Both the position numbers and the translations under genes were made by a program. The notes below the pieces were generated by a model that was given only the letters and a program-made list of their open reading frames with translations, made no database searches and was not told the DNA's origin. From Anaerovoracaceae bacterium (GTDB lineage Bacteria; Bacillota; Clostridia; Peptostreptococcales; Anaerovoracaceae): a DNA stretch of 49,829 nucleotides. This document shows, one piece after another, positions 10,120 through 18,999 of this stretch; position 1 is the stretch's first letter, and each line of letters starts with the position of its first letter. The stretch is from the NCBI GenBank assembly GCA_031553975.1, contig JAVBKP010000049.1, forward strand, positions 1 through 49,829, given 5' to 3'.

Positions 10120-11037
10120 ATGAAAAAAATTACAACTATTATCTTGTCATTGGTGTTAATGTTGGGTCAATTTGTTCCCGTTGCTGCTACCGAGGCGGCT
10201 GCGAGCAAGGCTCTGCCAAAGATGATGAGTGGCACTATCGTGCAAGAAACAGCCGACTCAATACTAGTTAAAGCACACAAAAACGATGAGACGGTTATCC
10301 TAAAAATAACCGATAGTACTTACATAATAGACGCGGTAAAAGGTACGCCAATGCAAATAAAAGATCGTGTAGGTGACTCGATTGTTGCATATTATGGTCC
10401 TATTGAAACAAAGAGTCTTCCAGCACAAAGTAATGCAGTAGCCATTATCGGCAGCATTCCGCAAGATTATGCTGTACCATACTTTGCAACTGCTGAATCT
10501 GTGGAAAAAGGCGAAAAATCTATTAAAGTTACAATAAATAACGGTTCAATCATTGCCACGATTACAGACACTATTCCACTTTCACCATTCAAGACGAAAA
10601 ATATTGTTGCGCTTGGGAATATTACGGCTGGAACAGATTTGTTACTTTGGTCCACGCCTGCAACAATGAGCTTCCCGGGAAGTACAAATGTGACGAAGGC
10701 TGTGATTTTAGGAACAAGAGTCGCTGATGTTGTCACTTATGAACTGACAATGAATCAAGCCTTTGTAGAAAAATATACAACCCTAATTCCGTTGCGTAAG
10801 GTCGCTGAAGCTTTTGGATATACAGTAGGCTGGGAAAGTAAAACCCGAACTGTAACTCTTTCAAAAGGCAGTGAAATGTATACACTTGCCATTGACAAGA
10901 ATCAATATGGTGGAAAACAATTGGAATGCGCACCGAAAATAAAAGGTACTTTAACATATGTTCCGTTGTCATACTTTAAAGAAATTTTAGGTGGAAGCTT
11001 CTCAGCATACGAATCTAAAATCGTCTTCACAAAGTAA
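10120..11037 (+). CDS. Secreted protein with a C-terminal copper-amine-oxidase N-terminal-like domain
   Basis: Signal peptide MKKITTIILSLVLMLGQFVPVAA. C-terminal segment LIPLRKVAEAFGYTVGWESKTRTVTLSK...YVPLSYFKEILG resembles the Cu_amine_oxidN1 fold. GAGGGAG RBS at Met25 of the track ORF. Confidence 0.55.
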   Translation: MKKITTIILSLVLMLGQFVPVAATEAAASKALPKMMSGTIVQETADSILVKAHKNDETVILKITDSTYIIDAVKGTPMQIKDRVGDSIVAYYGPIETKSLPAQSNAVAIIGSIPQDYAVPYFATAESVEKGEKSIKVTINNGSIIATITDTIPLSPFKTKNIVALGNITAGTDLLLWSTPATMSFPGSTNVTKAVILGTRVADVVTYELTMNQAFVEKYTTLIPLRKVAEAFGYTVGWESKTRTVTLSKGSEMYTLAIDKNQYGGKQLECAPKIKGTLTYVPLSYFKEILGGSFSAYESKIVFTK

Positions 11038-11074
11038 GGATATATTATAAAGACTATATTATCTAAAATGAAAT

Positions 11075-11112
11075 CAGGCAGGAGGGCTTTAGTAGCCTTC
11101 CTGCCTTTTTTA
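11075..11112 (+). terminator. Rho-independent terminator
   Basis: Stem GGCAGGAGGGCT/AGCCTTCCTGCC followed by TTTTTTAT. Confidence 0.6.
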
Positions 11113-11145
11113 TCGACTCTTTTGGTCTTCCATAAATAATAATAC

Positions 11146-11280
11146 TTGTAAAAAGAACTCTATCTTGTTATAATAGATGCAATGGAAGACCTCTACAACA
11201 GTGGGTGCTCTTCAGATATTAATTTATAATTCCACAGAACACCACTAGTCGTCAAACTTGAGTGGTGTTTTGCATTTTTT
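11146..11280 (+). ncRNA. Candidate small RNA: an orphan promoter plus a roughly 100-nt transcript ending in a terminator-like hairpin
   Basis: -35 TTGTAA (11146-51), 17-nt spacer, -10 TATAAT (11169-74). 9-bp stem AACACCACT/AGTGGTGTT (11238-11269) followed by TTTGCATTTTTT. No convincing ORF with an RBS on this strand. Confidence 0.3.
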
Positions 11281-11484
11281 GAAGAAATAGATTTCTGTAT
11301 GGGTATTTCCCATAGCATCACCTCCGTAAAATCGAGCACACCACCGTTGGATACCTCCTCTGACCAGTTATTGTTGTCATTGACTACAAATAACTGTTTA
11401 GTCTTCCACGCACCTATATATTAACACACATTCAGTGTTTCGACAATATCTGCATTTGTATATATTGTGCATTATTTATAGACA

Positions 11485-11519
11485 CAAAAAAGAACACCCA
11501 CATTTCTGCAAGTGTTCCT
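11485..11519 (-). terminator. Terminator downstream of the hemerythrin gene
   Basis: Stem GAACAC/GTGTTC. An A-run on the plus strand gives a U-run on the minus-strand RNA. Confidence 0.45.
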
Positions 11520-11528
11520 AATCTGCCT

Positions 11529-11927
11529 TTACCCAGCGATGTGTTTGCCAACTTTGGTATCTTCTGTACCAATATGTTTTACAAGCCAATCTACCAAGAC
11601 ACTATTCAATTTACCTGTGAATACTATGCCTCCGCCAGTTTGCACCAGCTCGTTTTTCAAGCTTGCTATTGTTTTTATGTATTCGTCATGGAGTTGCTTG
11701 TGACGGACTCTATCTGGGTATTCACTCTGCTTTTGTAGTTCTTCTTCATGAGAAAAGTGAATTTTTGTGTACTGTTCAACAAAATTCAAAGTCTCTGTCA
11801 CTTTGTCTTTGCCTCTGCCTTGCATACAGGCGTCCATAAGGGCATCTATTGCTTGTACAAGTTTTTTGTGCTCATTGTCTATCTGCGTATTCCCTATTAA
11901 AAGGGAATCTTTCCATAATGTCGCCAT
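11529..11927 (-). CDS. Bacteriohemerythrin-like protein (hemerythrin HHE cation-binding domain)
   Basis: WKDSLLIGNTQIDNEHKKL, HFSHEE, HKQLH and WLVKHI motifs, the typical hemerythrin iron ligand pattern. Confidence 0.8.
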   Translation of the reverse strand: MATLWKDSLLIGNTQIDNEHKKLVQAIDALMDACMQGRGKDKVTETLNFVEQYTKIHFSHEEELQKQSEYPDRVRHKQLHDEYIKTIASLKNELVQTGGGIVFTGKLNSVLVDWLVKHIGTEDTKVGKHIAG

Positions 11928-11979
11928 TTTTTCTACCTCTAAAAATTTGTGCAGGAGCTAAGCCCCTGCACCGTGTGTT

Positions 11980-12531
11980 TTATGCGAAATATCTCTTCAA
12001 AAGGCCATCAAAGCCTTTGCCATGTCTAGCTTCGTCCTTGCACATTTCGTGTACTGTATCGTGTACTGCATCGTAACCAAGTTCTTTTGCTCTTGTTGCT
12101 AGTTGCTTCTTACCATCGCATGCACCATGCTCTGCTTCTGCTCTTAACTCTAGGTTTTTCTTCGTGTCTGCGTGCAGTACTTCTCCTAGAAGTTCTGCAA
12201 ACTTAGCAGCGTGCTCTGCCTCTTCAAGTGCGTAGCGTTTGAATGCCTCTGCAATCTCTGGGTACCCTTCTCTGTCTGCTTGGCGGCTCATAGCTAGGTA
12301 CATACCAACTTCTGTGCACTCACCCATAAAATTAGCTCTTAGATCTTCTACCACTTGTGGGTCTAGGTCTTTTGCAACGCCTACTCTATGCTCGTCAGCG
12401 TATGCTTTGTCTCCACCTACTGATTTGTTAAACTTTTCTTTTGGTTGTTTGCATTGAGGGCAAGTTTCTGGTGCCTCTGGACCGATGTGTGTGTACCCGC
12501 AAATACTGCAAACCCATTTAATTTCTGACAT
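11980..12531 (-). CDS. Reverse rubrerythrin: N-terminal rubredoxin-like CxxC...CxxC plus a ferritin-like diiron domain
   Basis: [10 protein letters not shown]...CPQC followed by E..H diiron helices. Domain order matches clostridial revRbr. Confidence 0.8.
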   Translation of the reverse strand: MSEIKWVCSICGYTHIGPEAPETCPQCKQPKEKFNKSVGGDKAYADEHRVGVAKDLDPQVVEDLRANFMGECTEVGMYLAMSRQADREGYPEIAEAFKRYALEEAEHAAKFAELLGEVLHADTKKNLELRAEAEHGACDGKKQLATRAKELGYDAVHDTVHEMCKDEARHGKGFDGLLKRYFA

Positions 12532-12546
12532 TTTAATTTCCTCCTT

Positions 12547-12927
12547 TTATTCATTTCTACATTTGGTACAAGTACCTAAAAAATTAACAGTGTGGCTCTT
12601 TACCTTAAAACCAGTGAGGGTCTCTAATTGCTCTTCTAGCCCTACAATGACAGGAAGGTTTACATCAAATATGTTGCCACATTTCTCACAAGCTATGTGA
12701 TAATGGACGTCAATTGTTGCATCAAATCGGTCAGGACCGCTTACGGATGTAAGTTTTAACGCCTGCCCCTCCTCCACTAGCAAGGATAGGTTCCTATACA
12801 CTGTGGCAAGGCTGATATTTGGAAAGCTTTGCTTCACATTGTCATAGACCCAATCTGCTGTAGGGTGTGTTTTGGTAGATGCCAAAACACGTCTAATCTC
12901 TTCCCTCTGCTTGCTATTTTTTCTCAT
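12547..12927 (-). CDS. perR: Fur-family peroxide-responsive repressor PerR
   Basis: Fur-family winged-helix region and a C-terminal CxxC...CxxC. Sits immediately upstream of the rubrerythrin and hemerythrin genes, the classic clostridial PerR regulon arrangement. Confidence 0.75.
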   Translation of the reverse strand: MRKNSKQREEIRRVLASTKTHPTADWVYDNVKQSFPNISLATVYRNLSLLVEEGQALKLTSVSGPDRFDATIDVHYHIACEKCGNIFDVNLPVIVGLEEQLETLTGFKVKSHTVNFLGTCTKCRNE

Positions 12928-12942
12928 TCACTGCCTCCTCTA

Positions 12943-12970
12943 AAACAATAACGATAATTATTATTGTTTT
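12943..12970 (-). promoter_or_regulatory. Per-box-like palindrome in the perR promoter region
   Basis: AAACAATAAcgATAATTATTATtgTTTT. Central ATAAT-T-ATTAT matches the core of the 7-1-7 Per box TTATAATnATTATAA. Outer inverted repeat is AACAATAA/TTATTGTT. Confidence 0.45.
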
Positions 12971-13011
12971 GATTAATTTAATAATACACCCTCTGAAAAC
13001 AAAAATCAAGT

Positions 13012-13060
13012 GCTTTTTTAAAAAAATTGAAAAGAGCAGATATTTTACTATCTACTCTTC
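13012..13060 (-). terminator. Terminator downstream of giant Big_2 protein A
   Basis: Stem AAGAGCAGATA/TATCTACTCTT (one G-U pair). A-run 13021-26 gives a U-run on the minus-strand RNA. Confidence 0.45.
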
Positions 13061-13070
13061 ATCTTTGACC

Positions 13071-16000
13071 TTAGATTTGGTTTTTTAATTCAATCCAAAC
13101 CGCTGGTGGCATTGTGCTTTCATTTACATCTATAGGTGCTATATATACGGTATTATCTGGTTTTATATACAAAGTGCCTTTTTTGGGTTTGCCGTCTATC
13201 CATCTGCCATGGGGGGCACCTGCTATGGTTTTGACTACGCTTCCGTCTTGCACTTTCAGAAAGGCGGTAGGGTATTTGTCATATAACGCTCTCAAGGACA
13301 AATTGCTATTCGCTTGTGGCTGCATAAATTCGCTTTTTATAGCCACATATACGCAGTTTTCTTTCCCGTCAAAATATACGTATCCAGTCTCAAGGTTGGT
13401 GCCAGTGCCATGGACTACATTGTCATACAAGTCTACCCAGTCGCCTGTGACTTTTAAACTATACGCGGTGCCTTTGCTGTCTTTGAATACAAACTTGCCC
13501 GTTATGGCTGGATCGGTAATGACTGGACCAGGTCCTGGGCTTTGGGTTGTTACCGTAACATCACATGCGGCAGTTTTACCGTTGACGGTAGTCGCTGTTA
13601 TTATGGTACTTCCTAAGTTGATCCCCACAATGGTTCCATCGCTTTCGACCATGGCTATACTTGGGTCGCTACTTTCCCATGTTAGGGACTTATTTTTAAC
13701 TGTACTTGGGGATATCTCAGGTGCGAATTTATATGTTTTGCCCATTTCTAAGGCTAAGGTTGCCCTTAAAGTCAGTTTGGTCGGCCCTTTTTCTACAGTG
13801 ACTGCACAAGCGGCCGCTTTCCCGTTGTCTACTGAAGTAGCCGTAATATTAGCCTTACCTTCAGCAATGGCTGTAAGTTCGCCTGTCTTCTCATCCACTG
13901 CTACTATGTTCGGTCTGTTGCTAGCCCAAACCACCTCCTGGTTGGCTTCTTTAGAAAACACTTCTGCCAATAGCTGGGCAATCTGACCTTCTGTCAAGGT
14001 AAGCATACTGACATTGATTTTGACCGCCGTCACACCATAATCCACTGTGCCCTGACAAGTCTTTGTCACTTGCCCGTCTGCCGTAGTCACTGTAATTGTA
14101 GCAGATCCCGCTGCTAGCGCGGTTATGACTCCTGATTCATTGATTTTTAGAACATTCGGATTGCTGCTACTAAATATGACTTGTTTATTGTCTGCGTCGT
14201 TTGGTAGTACCGTTAGATTAAAGCTATGCGTATCGCCTGCCTTTAAGCTAAGTGTTCCATCCATTAGAATATCTGTGGTTTTAATCAACGGTTTTAGCAC
14301 TGTAACCACGCAAGCTACTGTTTTGCTATTGTCTGTGGTGGTAGCATATATTGTGGCTTTTCCAATCTGATTGGCGGTCACCCGACCATATTGATCCACT
14401 AAGGCAATGTTGGGATTGTCAGACGTCCATTGAAAATCTCCGTTGTCAGCATCTAATGGAGTTAGGGTGGCTACTAATTCTGATGTATCTCCCTGGTGTA
14501 GTGTCAGTGCTGTGGTATTTAGACTAATACCGTTAACCAACGATACGGAGGTCACTTGGCACTCTGCCGTCAATCCATTTGGGGCTGTGGCCACAACAAG
14601 TGTAGTACCCTTACCAACTGCTGTTATGTTGCCATATTCATCTACTCTTGCTATGCTCGGATCTTTACTGGATAGAATCACACCCTCATTGTCCGGCTCT
14701 CCTATTATTTTGATTTTTTTGTATTTTTCTCCAATCACTACAGTCAATTGTGTGCTTGAAAGAGATAGCTTCTTAGTGTCGCTGTACACGGTGACAAGGG
14801 CAGTTGCTTGCTTACCATTCACTGTGGTTGCTGTTATGTTGGTCACCCCTTTTGCTAGTGCGGTAACGATTCCATTGCTATCTATTGTAGCTGCGTTCTT
14901 ATTGGAAGATCTCCATGTCACATTGTGATAGGTCGCACTGTTTGGCACGATTGTCGTTGTGAACTGAAAGTCCTCATTGACATTCATTGCTTTGCTGGTG
15001 GTATTCAACAATACGCTTGTGATTTCTGTGATTACATGTACATCTATTGTGGCTTCTTTATCCCCTACTGTGGCTGTTATGGTGGTAATTCCAGGCTTTA
15101 TGCCGATTACCTTACCAGTGTTGTCAGTTGATGCTATACTGTGGTCTGCTGATTTCCAACTAGCACTTCTAATATCGCTACTCTTGCCATTGATCAAGGC
15201 TGTCAATTTTATATTGTTTGTCATACTTACATCCACCGTGTTGCCCACAACAGGGGCATTGGCCACGATTTCTAAAGCAGCCATAGGATCCACCACAACC
15301 ACGCTGCATATGCCGCGGGCAGTTCCTTCTACTGGGGTAGCATAGATTGTGGCTTTACCTACTGCTAGTGCCTTTATGGTTCCGTCTGCTCCAATTGAAA
15401 TAATATTGCTATCTGACGTCCAAGTGAGGGTTGGGTCTGTAGCATCGCTAGGGAATACATCTACTTCTAAGGTTTTCTCATCGCTTGGATTCATTATGAG
15501 TACTTCACCATGATTGATTTTAATGCTTGTGACTGGCACCACTACTGTGATATGACAGGTGTCGGTTCTCCCTTTTGATGTGGTTACTGTAATAGTGGCT
15601 GTTCCTTGATTTTTGCCTGCTAGTAGCTTGCCATTGGTGACGTTTACAATGCTCTTATCGCTGCTACTCCATGTAAGTTTTCCATCTGTAGGTCCATCTG
15701 ATATGATTTTTGCAATTAATTCTCCTGTGGATAGCGCATACATCTTCAAGGCATCGTGATTTAGCTCAATGCCATCAGCATCACATACTACTGTGACTTG
15801 ACATATTCCAGATTTGCCGCCTGCCCTTGCTGTAATAGTGACTTGGCCTGCTTTGTGGGCTGTTAATATACCAAAATCATCCACAGTTGCTATGTCTTCA
15901 TTATTACTGCTCCATGATACACCATCTAACGTAGCATAGGAGGGAGATAAGATAGCGGTTATGGTCGTACTACTGCCTTCACTGACTACCATGGTGCTTG

Positions 16001-16871
16001 GGCTAAGTGCAACGCTGGTCATAGAAACAGAGACCTGCACCTTCACTTGTGCTGTCTTTCCGTCACTGGTGGTTACTGTAACAAACGCCTTGCCGGGTTT
16101 TTTGCCTGTTACCTTTCCATTTTCATCTACTGTTGCAATGGTTGTATCTGATGTTGACCATGTCAAACTAGTTCTGCCTGACAAATTCGCATCGGCAGTG
16201 GCATTCAATTGTGTGCTTTTACCTACACTAATATTCACCTCCGTGGGCGCTAACTTAATCCACCCTATTGGTGCAAATACTGTAACCCTACAGCTTGCAC
16301 TCTTGCCATTTGAAGTCATGGCTCTAATGGTAACGATTCCTGGGCTTATGCCAGTCACTGTGCCATTTGGTCCTACTGTGGCCACATTGGTATTGCTAGA
16401 AGTCCATGATAGACTTTCGTCACTTACCGCTAATGGTTCCATTTTTGTTTTGAGTTTTATGCTCTCATCTATTTCTAAGCTTACATTGGTTTTTTCTAGG
16501 CTAAGTTTTTCTGGGAGGCCTAGAACTACTACTGTGCAGCTAGCCGTCCTGCCTGAGTTGGCCGTAGCTATGATTTTAGCCACGCCGCCCTTTACCCCAG
16601 TTACCATTCCATCTTGACCTACGGTAGCCACCAAATTGTTGTCACTGCTCCATGTCACCTCTTTGTTCTCGTCTATATCTGGATATACTTCCACGGTCAA
16701 ATCTTGGGTGTCACCTACCTTTATGGTTATATTTGTGGCATTTATTATAATTGCCTGGGTATCTATAAAATCCCACCCACTAGCCGCAAAAACCCCTGCT
16801 GGTATGCAAAGTACGGCCATGCTTATTGTGACCATGGCCAGCCTAGCAATTTTCATCCTCCATGATTTCAT
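13071..16871 (-). CDS. Giant secreted protein A (1266 aa): signal peptide, about 12-13 Big_2 (bacterial Ig-like group 2) repeats, a Pro/Gly linker, and a conserved roughly 150-aa C-terminal domain of unknown family
   Basis: Repeated motif ...VTWSSSN..VATVD.NG.VTA...G.A.ITATT.DGK.A.C.VTV. Start at the internal ATG at 16869-71, which has an AGGAGG RBS. Signal peptide MKSWRMKIARLAMVTISMAVLCIPAGVFA. The C-terminal domain is paralogous to that of 19051..23961. Confidence 0.8.
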   Translation of the reverse strand: MKSWRMKIARLAMVTISMAVLCIPAGVFAASGWDFIDTQAIIINATNITIKVGDTQDLTVEVYPDIDENKEVTWSSDNNLVATVGQDGMVTGVKGGVAKIIATANSGRTASCTVVVLGLPEKLSLEKTNVSLEIDESIKLKTKMEPLAVSDESLSWTSSNTNVATVGPNGTVTGISPGIVTIRAMTSNGKSASCRVTVFAPIGWIKLAPTEVNISVGKSTQLNATADANLSGRTSLTWSTSDTTIATVDENGKVTGKKPGKAFVTVTTSDGKTAQVKVQVSVSMTSVALSPSTMVVSEGSSTTITAILSPSYATLDGVSWSSNNEDIATVDDFGILTAHKAGQVTITARAGGKSGICQVTVVCDADGIELNHDALKMYALSTGELIAKIISDGPTDGKLTWSSSDKSIVNVTNGKLLAGKNQGTATITVTTSKGRTDTCHITVVVPVTSIKINHGEVLIMNPSDEKTLEVDVFPSDATDPTLTWTSDSNIISIGADGTIKALAVGKATIYATPVEGTARGICSVVVVDPMAALEIVANAPVVGNTVDVSMTNNIKLTALINGKSSDIRSASWKSADHSIASTDNTGKVIGIKPGITTITATVGDKEATIDVHVITEITSVLLNTTSKAMNVNEDFQFTTTIVPNSATYHNVTWRSSNKNAATIDSNGIVTALAKGVTNITATTVNGKQATALVTVYSDTKKLSLSSTQLTVVIGEKYKKIKIIGEPDNEGVILSSKDPSIARVDEYGNITAVGKGTTLVVATAPNGLTAECQVTSVSLVNGISLNTTALTLHQGDTSELVATLTPLDADNGDFQWTSDNPNIALVDQYGRVTANQIGKATIYATTTDNSKTVACVVTVLKPLIKTTDILMDGTLSLKAGDTHSFNLTVLPNDADNKQVIFSSSNPNVLKINESGVITALAAGSATITVTTADGQVTKTCQGTVDYGVTAVKINVSMLTLTEGQIAQLLAEVFSKEANQEVVWASNRPNIVAVDEKTGELTAIAEGKANITATSVDNGKAAACAVTVEKGPTKLTLRATLALEMGKTYKFAPEISPSTVKNKSLTWESSDPSIAMVESDGTIVGINLGSTIITATTVNGKTAACDVTVTTQSPGPGPVITDPAITGKFVFKDSKGTAYSLKVTGDWVDLYDNVVHGTGTNLETGYVYFDGKENCVYVAIKSEFMQPQANSNLSLRALYDKYPTAFLKVQDGSVVKTIAGAPHGRWIDGKPKKGTLYIKPDNTVYIAPIDVNESTMPPAVWIELKNQI

Positions 16872-16913
16872 CTTGTTTTCCTCCTGATATGTATAATTAA
16901 TCCTTTTGTTTAT

Positions 16914-16961
16914 AGCAAAAAAGCCGAATGAAGCTATGCGTATGGCGTATTTCATCGGCTT
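16914..16961 (-). terminator. Terminator downstream of the NusG_II gene
   Basis: Stem AAGCCGAATGAA/TTCATCGGCTT with an A-run upstream on the plus strand. Confidence 0.45.
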
Positions 16962-17045
16962 ACGTTGTAAATATTATATAATTTTAGGAAGATTATGTCA
17001 ACTTCAATCTGATAATTCCTGCATATTAATATGTGCTTTTGATAA

Positions 17046-17435
17046 TTATTGTACAACTACATCTACTTGACCATCTGCAGACTTAGGCGTAGATATGATG
17101 ACCTGGTTTGGCAAGCATACAATGGACTCATTGCTCTTGCTGATGGCTGGGTCACGTAAGCAATACTGGTCTGGACATTCTGCGAAAATCATCCTGGCAC
17201 TGCCATCTTTAATCTCAAGTCTATTTATATGCCCCACATCGTTTTTTATGTCGATGACTTGATCTTTGGACAAGCTATACTCGCCATACATCTTCCCATT
17301 CACATCAACCCTAACTGCATCGCCATTTTCTCCGAATGAATTCACAATAAATGCTGAACTAACCCCAATGGTTAAAAGTGCCACGCCCAATATGATATCC
17401 GCTTTTTTAAATATTTTTTCTTTCTTCTTGCTCAC
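17046..17435 (-). CDS. NusG domain II (DUF1312) membrane-anchored protein
   Basis: GTG start at 17433-35 with an AAAGGAGAT RBS at 7 nt. N-terminal TM ILGVALLTIGV. CPDQYC...CLPNQV motifs of the NusG_II family. Confidence 0.65.
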   Translation of the reverse strand: MSKKKEKIFKKADIILGVALLTIGVSSAFIVNSFGENGDAVRVDVNGKMYGEYSLSKDQVIDIKNDVGHINRLEIKDGSARMIFAECPDQYCLRDPAISKSNESIVCLPNQVIISTPKSADGQVDVVVQ

Positions 17436-18498
17436 TTTTATCTCCTTTGAAATATGCCCTGTTGTAGGCCACGCTTGGGCTATTTGGTTTATACATTGCC
17501 GCCTTCTCATTATACTGATAGGCAAGTTCTCTATTACCTATCTTATCATAGCAGACGCAAAGCTGTAAATAGGGGATATAGTCATAATAGTCATGATATA
17601 CAAACCCGCTCTCTGATTTTTCCAGCTTTGTAGCTAGATCGTACCAGAAGATTGCCTTTTGATACTCTCCTTGTTCTTGCCATTGATCTCCAATAAGACA
17701 TGATATATCTGCTCTTGGTTTGTCATAGGTCAAGGCCTGCAAAAGCATATGCGTCACTTTGTCATTTTTGTTTGTTTTCTTATAGCATTCTGCCACTAGT
17801 TTGGTGGCAGCTATACAGTCTTCTATCCAACCTTCTCCACTTTGTAGGAACGTAGTTAGCGTGACTGCTGCCTCTTCAAATCGTTCATGGTAGTATAACT
17901 CCCTGCCGTAGTAATATCGTCCCCTTGCGCTTAACGGTATACCTTCTTTGATTTGATTCTCGTATATTCTAATATTTCTATTGCTTGAAGAAACTTTTTC
18001 TTTTTTATGCACAATATGGATGTCTTCATATATGATATGCCCACTAGGCACCACCACTTCATGGACTGGCTCTTGCCAAACAAAGCCCGCTTCTCTGCGG
18101 AACATTCGCTCCCTATTATACGACATATTCACAGTACCATCTTCATCATGGCCTACATCGTATTTCATCATAACCATATCAATTGTTTTGCTTAGCCGCT
18201 GTTTTAGTCCAATGAGCTTCACCAATTCCGCTTCTGAGATTATATCGTCAGCGTCAAGCCACATGATGAAGTCTTTTGTGGCTTTGGACATAGAATAGTT
18301 CCTAGCAGCGGAAAAGTCGTCGATCCACTTAAAATCATATACCTTATCAGTGAATTCTCTGGCTATAGCTTTGGTTTTATCCTGTGATCCTGTATCAACT
18401 ATTATAATCTCTTCTACTGCATCCCTGATGCTCGTAAGGCATCGATTTAGGACATCTTCCTCATTTTTTACAATCATACATAAGCTTATTGTACCCAT
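17407..18498 (-). CDS. Family 2 glycosyltransferase with a C-terminal TPR-like domain (SunS-like architecture)
   Basis: ISLCMIVKNEE...IIIVDTGSQD...WLDADD GT-A motifs (DxD). The C-terminal 130 aa are helical TPR-like repeats. AGGAGG RBS. Confidence 0.8.
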   Translation of the reverse strand: MGTISLCMIVKNEEDVLNRCLTSIRDAVEEIIIVDTGSQDKTKAIAREFTDKVYDFKWIDDFSAARNYSMSKATKDFIMWLDADDIISEAELVKLIGLKQRLSKTIDMVMMKYDVGHDEDGTVNMSYNRERMFRREAGFVWQEPVHEVVVPSGHIIYEDIHIVHKKEKVSSSNRNIRIYENQIKEGIPLSARGRYYYGRELYYHERFEEAAVTLTTFLQSGEGWIEDCIAATKLVAECYKKTNKNDKVTHMLLQALTYDKPRADISCLIGDQWQEQGEYQKAIFWYDLATKLEKSESGFVYHDYYDYIPYLQLCVCYDKIGNRELAYQYNEKAAMYKPNSPSVAYNRAYFKGDKSEQEERKNI

Positions 18499-18505
18499 AC
18501 GCCTC

Positions 18506-18925
18506 CTAGGATATTTCTAATATTCCAATGCTTGAGTTAATAGATGAAACTCTCTCCCCACAAGCATTGACTATTGTTAATATGTTTTCTTTTCCTTCTG
18601 GTGCTGTAAAGCACAAATATGTAGTGGCTCCATTATACCCTTGCCCCATGGCTGAATGCACAGCCCCCATCACTTGATCATTTAATTTAATCGAAAAGTA
18701 AAAAGGTGTTGGTTTTTCACTATTGCTACTTATAAAAAGGGATAATTGGTATGTGCGTCCCTCTGTCAATTTAAACTCTTCTCTATTGGCTACATGTTCT
18801 ATTCCTTCTGCACCTATTCCTGTATTCTTACCGTATTTTATGCTATCCTCATTTTCTACCTTTTGAGAAGCTATGGCGTTTGCTGTCAGGTAGTTTGTAA
18901 TTCTCTTGCTATGGTCATTAACCAT
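18506..18925 (-). CDS. Small 139-aa protein without a signal peptide; possible C1q/TNF-like jellyroll resembling the BclA C-terminal domain
   Basis: GGAGG RBS. 7 nt upstream of the GT2-TPR gene. Hydrophobic-alternating beta pattern FKLTEGRTYQLSLFISS ... ILTIVNACGERVSSINSSIGILEIS reminiscent of the BclA CTD. The fold call is tentative. Confidence 0.5.
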   Translation of the reverse strand: MVNDHSKRITNYLTANAIASQKVENEDSIKYGKNTGIGAEGIEHVANREEFKLTEGRTYQLSLFISSNSEKPTPFYFSIKLNDQVMGAVHSAMGQGYNGATTYLCFTAPEGKENILTIVNACGERVSSINSSIGILEIS

Positions 18926-18999
18926 GAAAATACCTCCAACTCATATTGCGATAGAGCAATCCTCTTCATAATATGATGTGGTTGCAAATATGGTTACAA

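Noticed and set aside
11124-11189. 10-bp inverted repeats flanking the orphan promoter, considered as an invertible promoter switch
   Set aside because: The repeats are only 10 bp and enclose only about 46 bp. No recombinase gene is nearby. More likely an RNA or operator structure.
13114-16887. Several long plus-strand ORFs inside giant gene A (13114..13986, 14443..14928, 15961..16617, 16636..16887)
   Set aside because: They are antisense to a Thr/Val/Ala-rich repeat protein. Reverse complements of such codons rarely contain stops. They have no RBS, and the minus-strand frame has coherent Big_2 repeats and a signal peptide.
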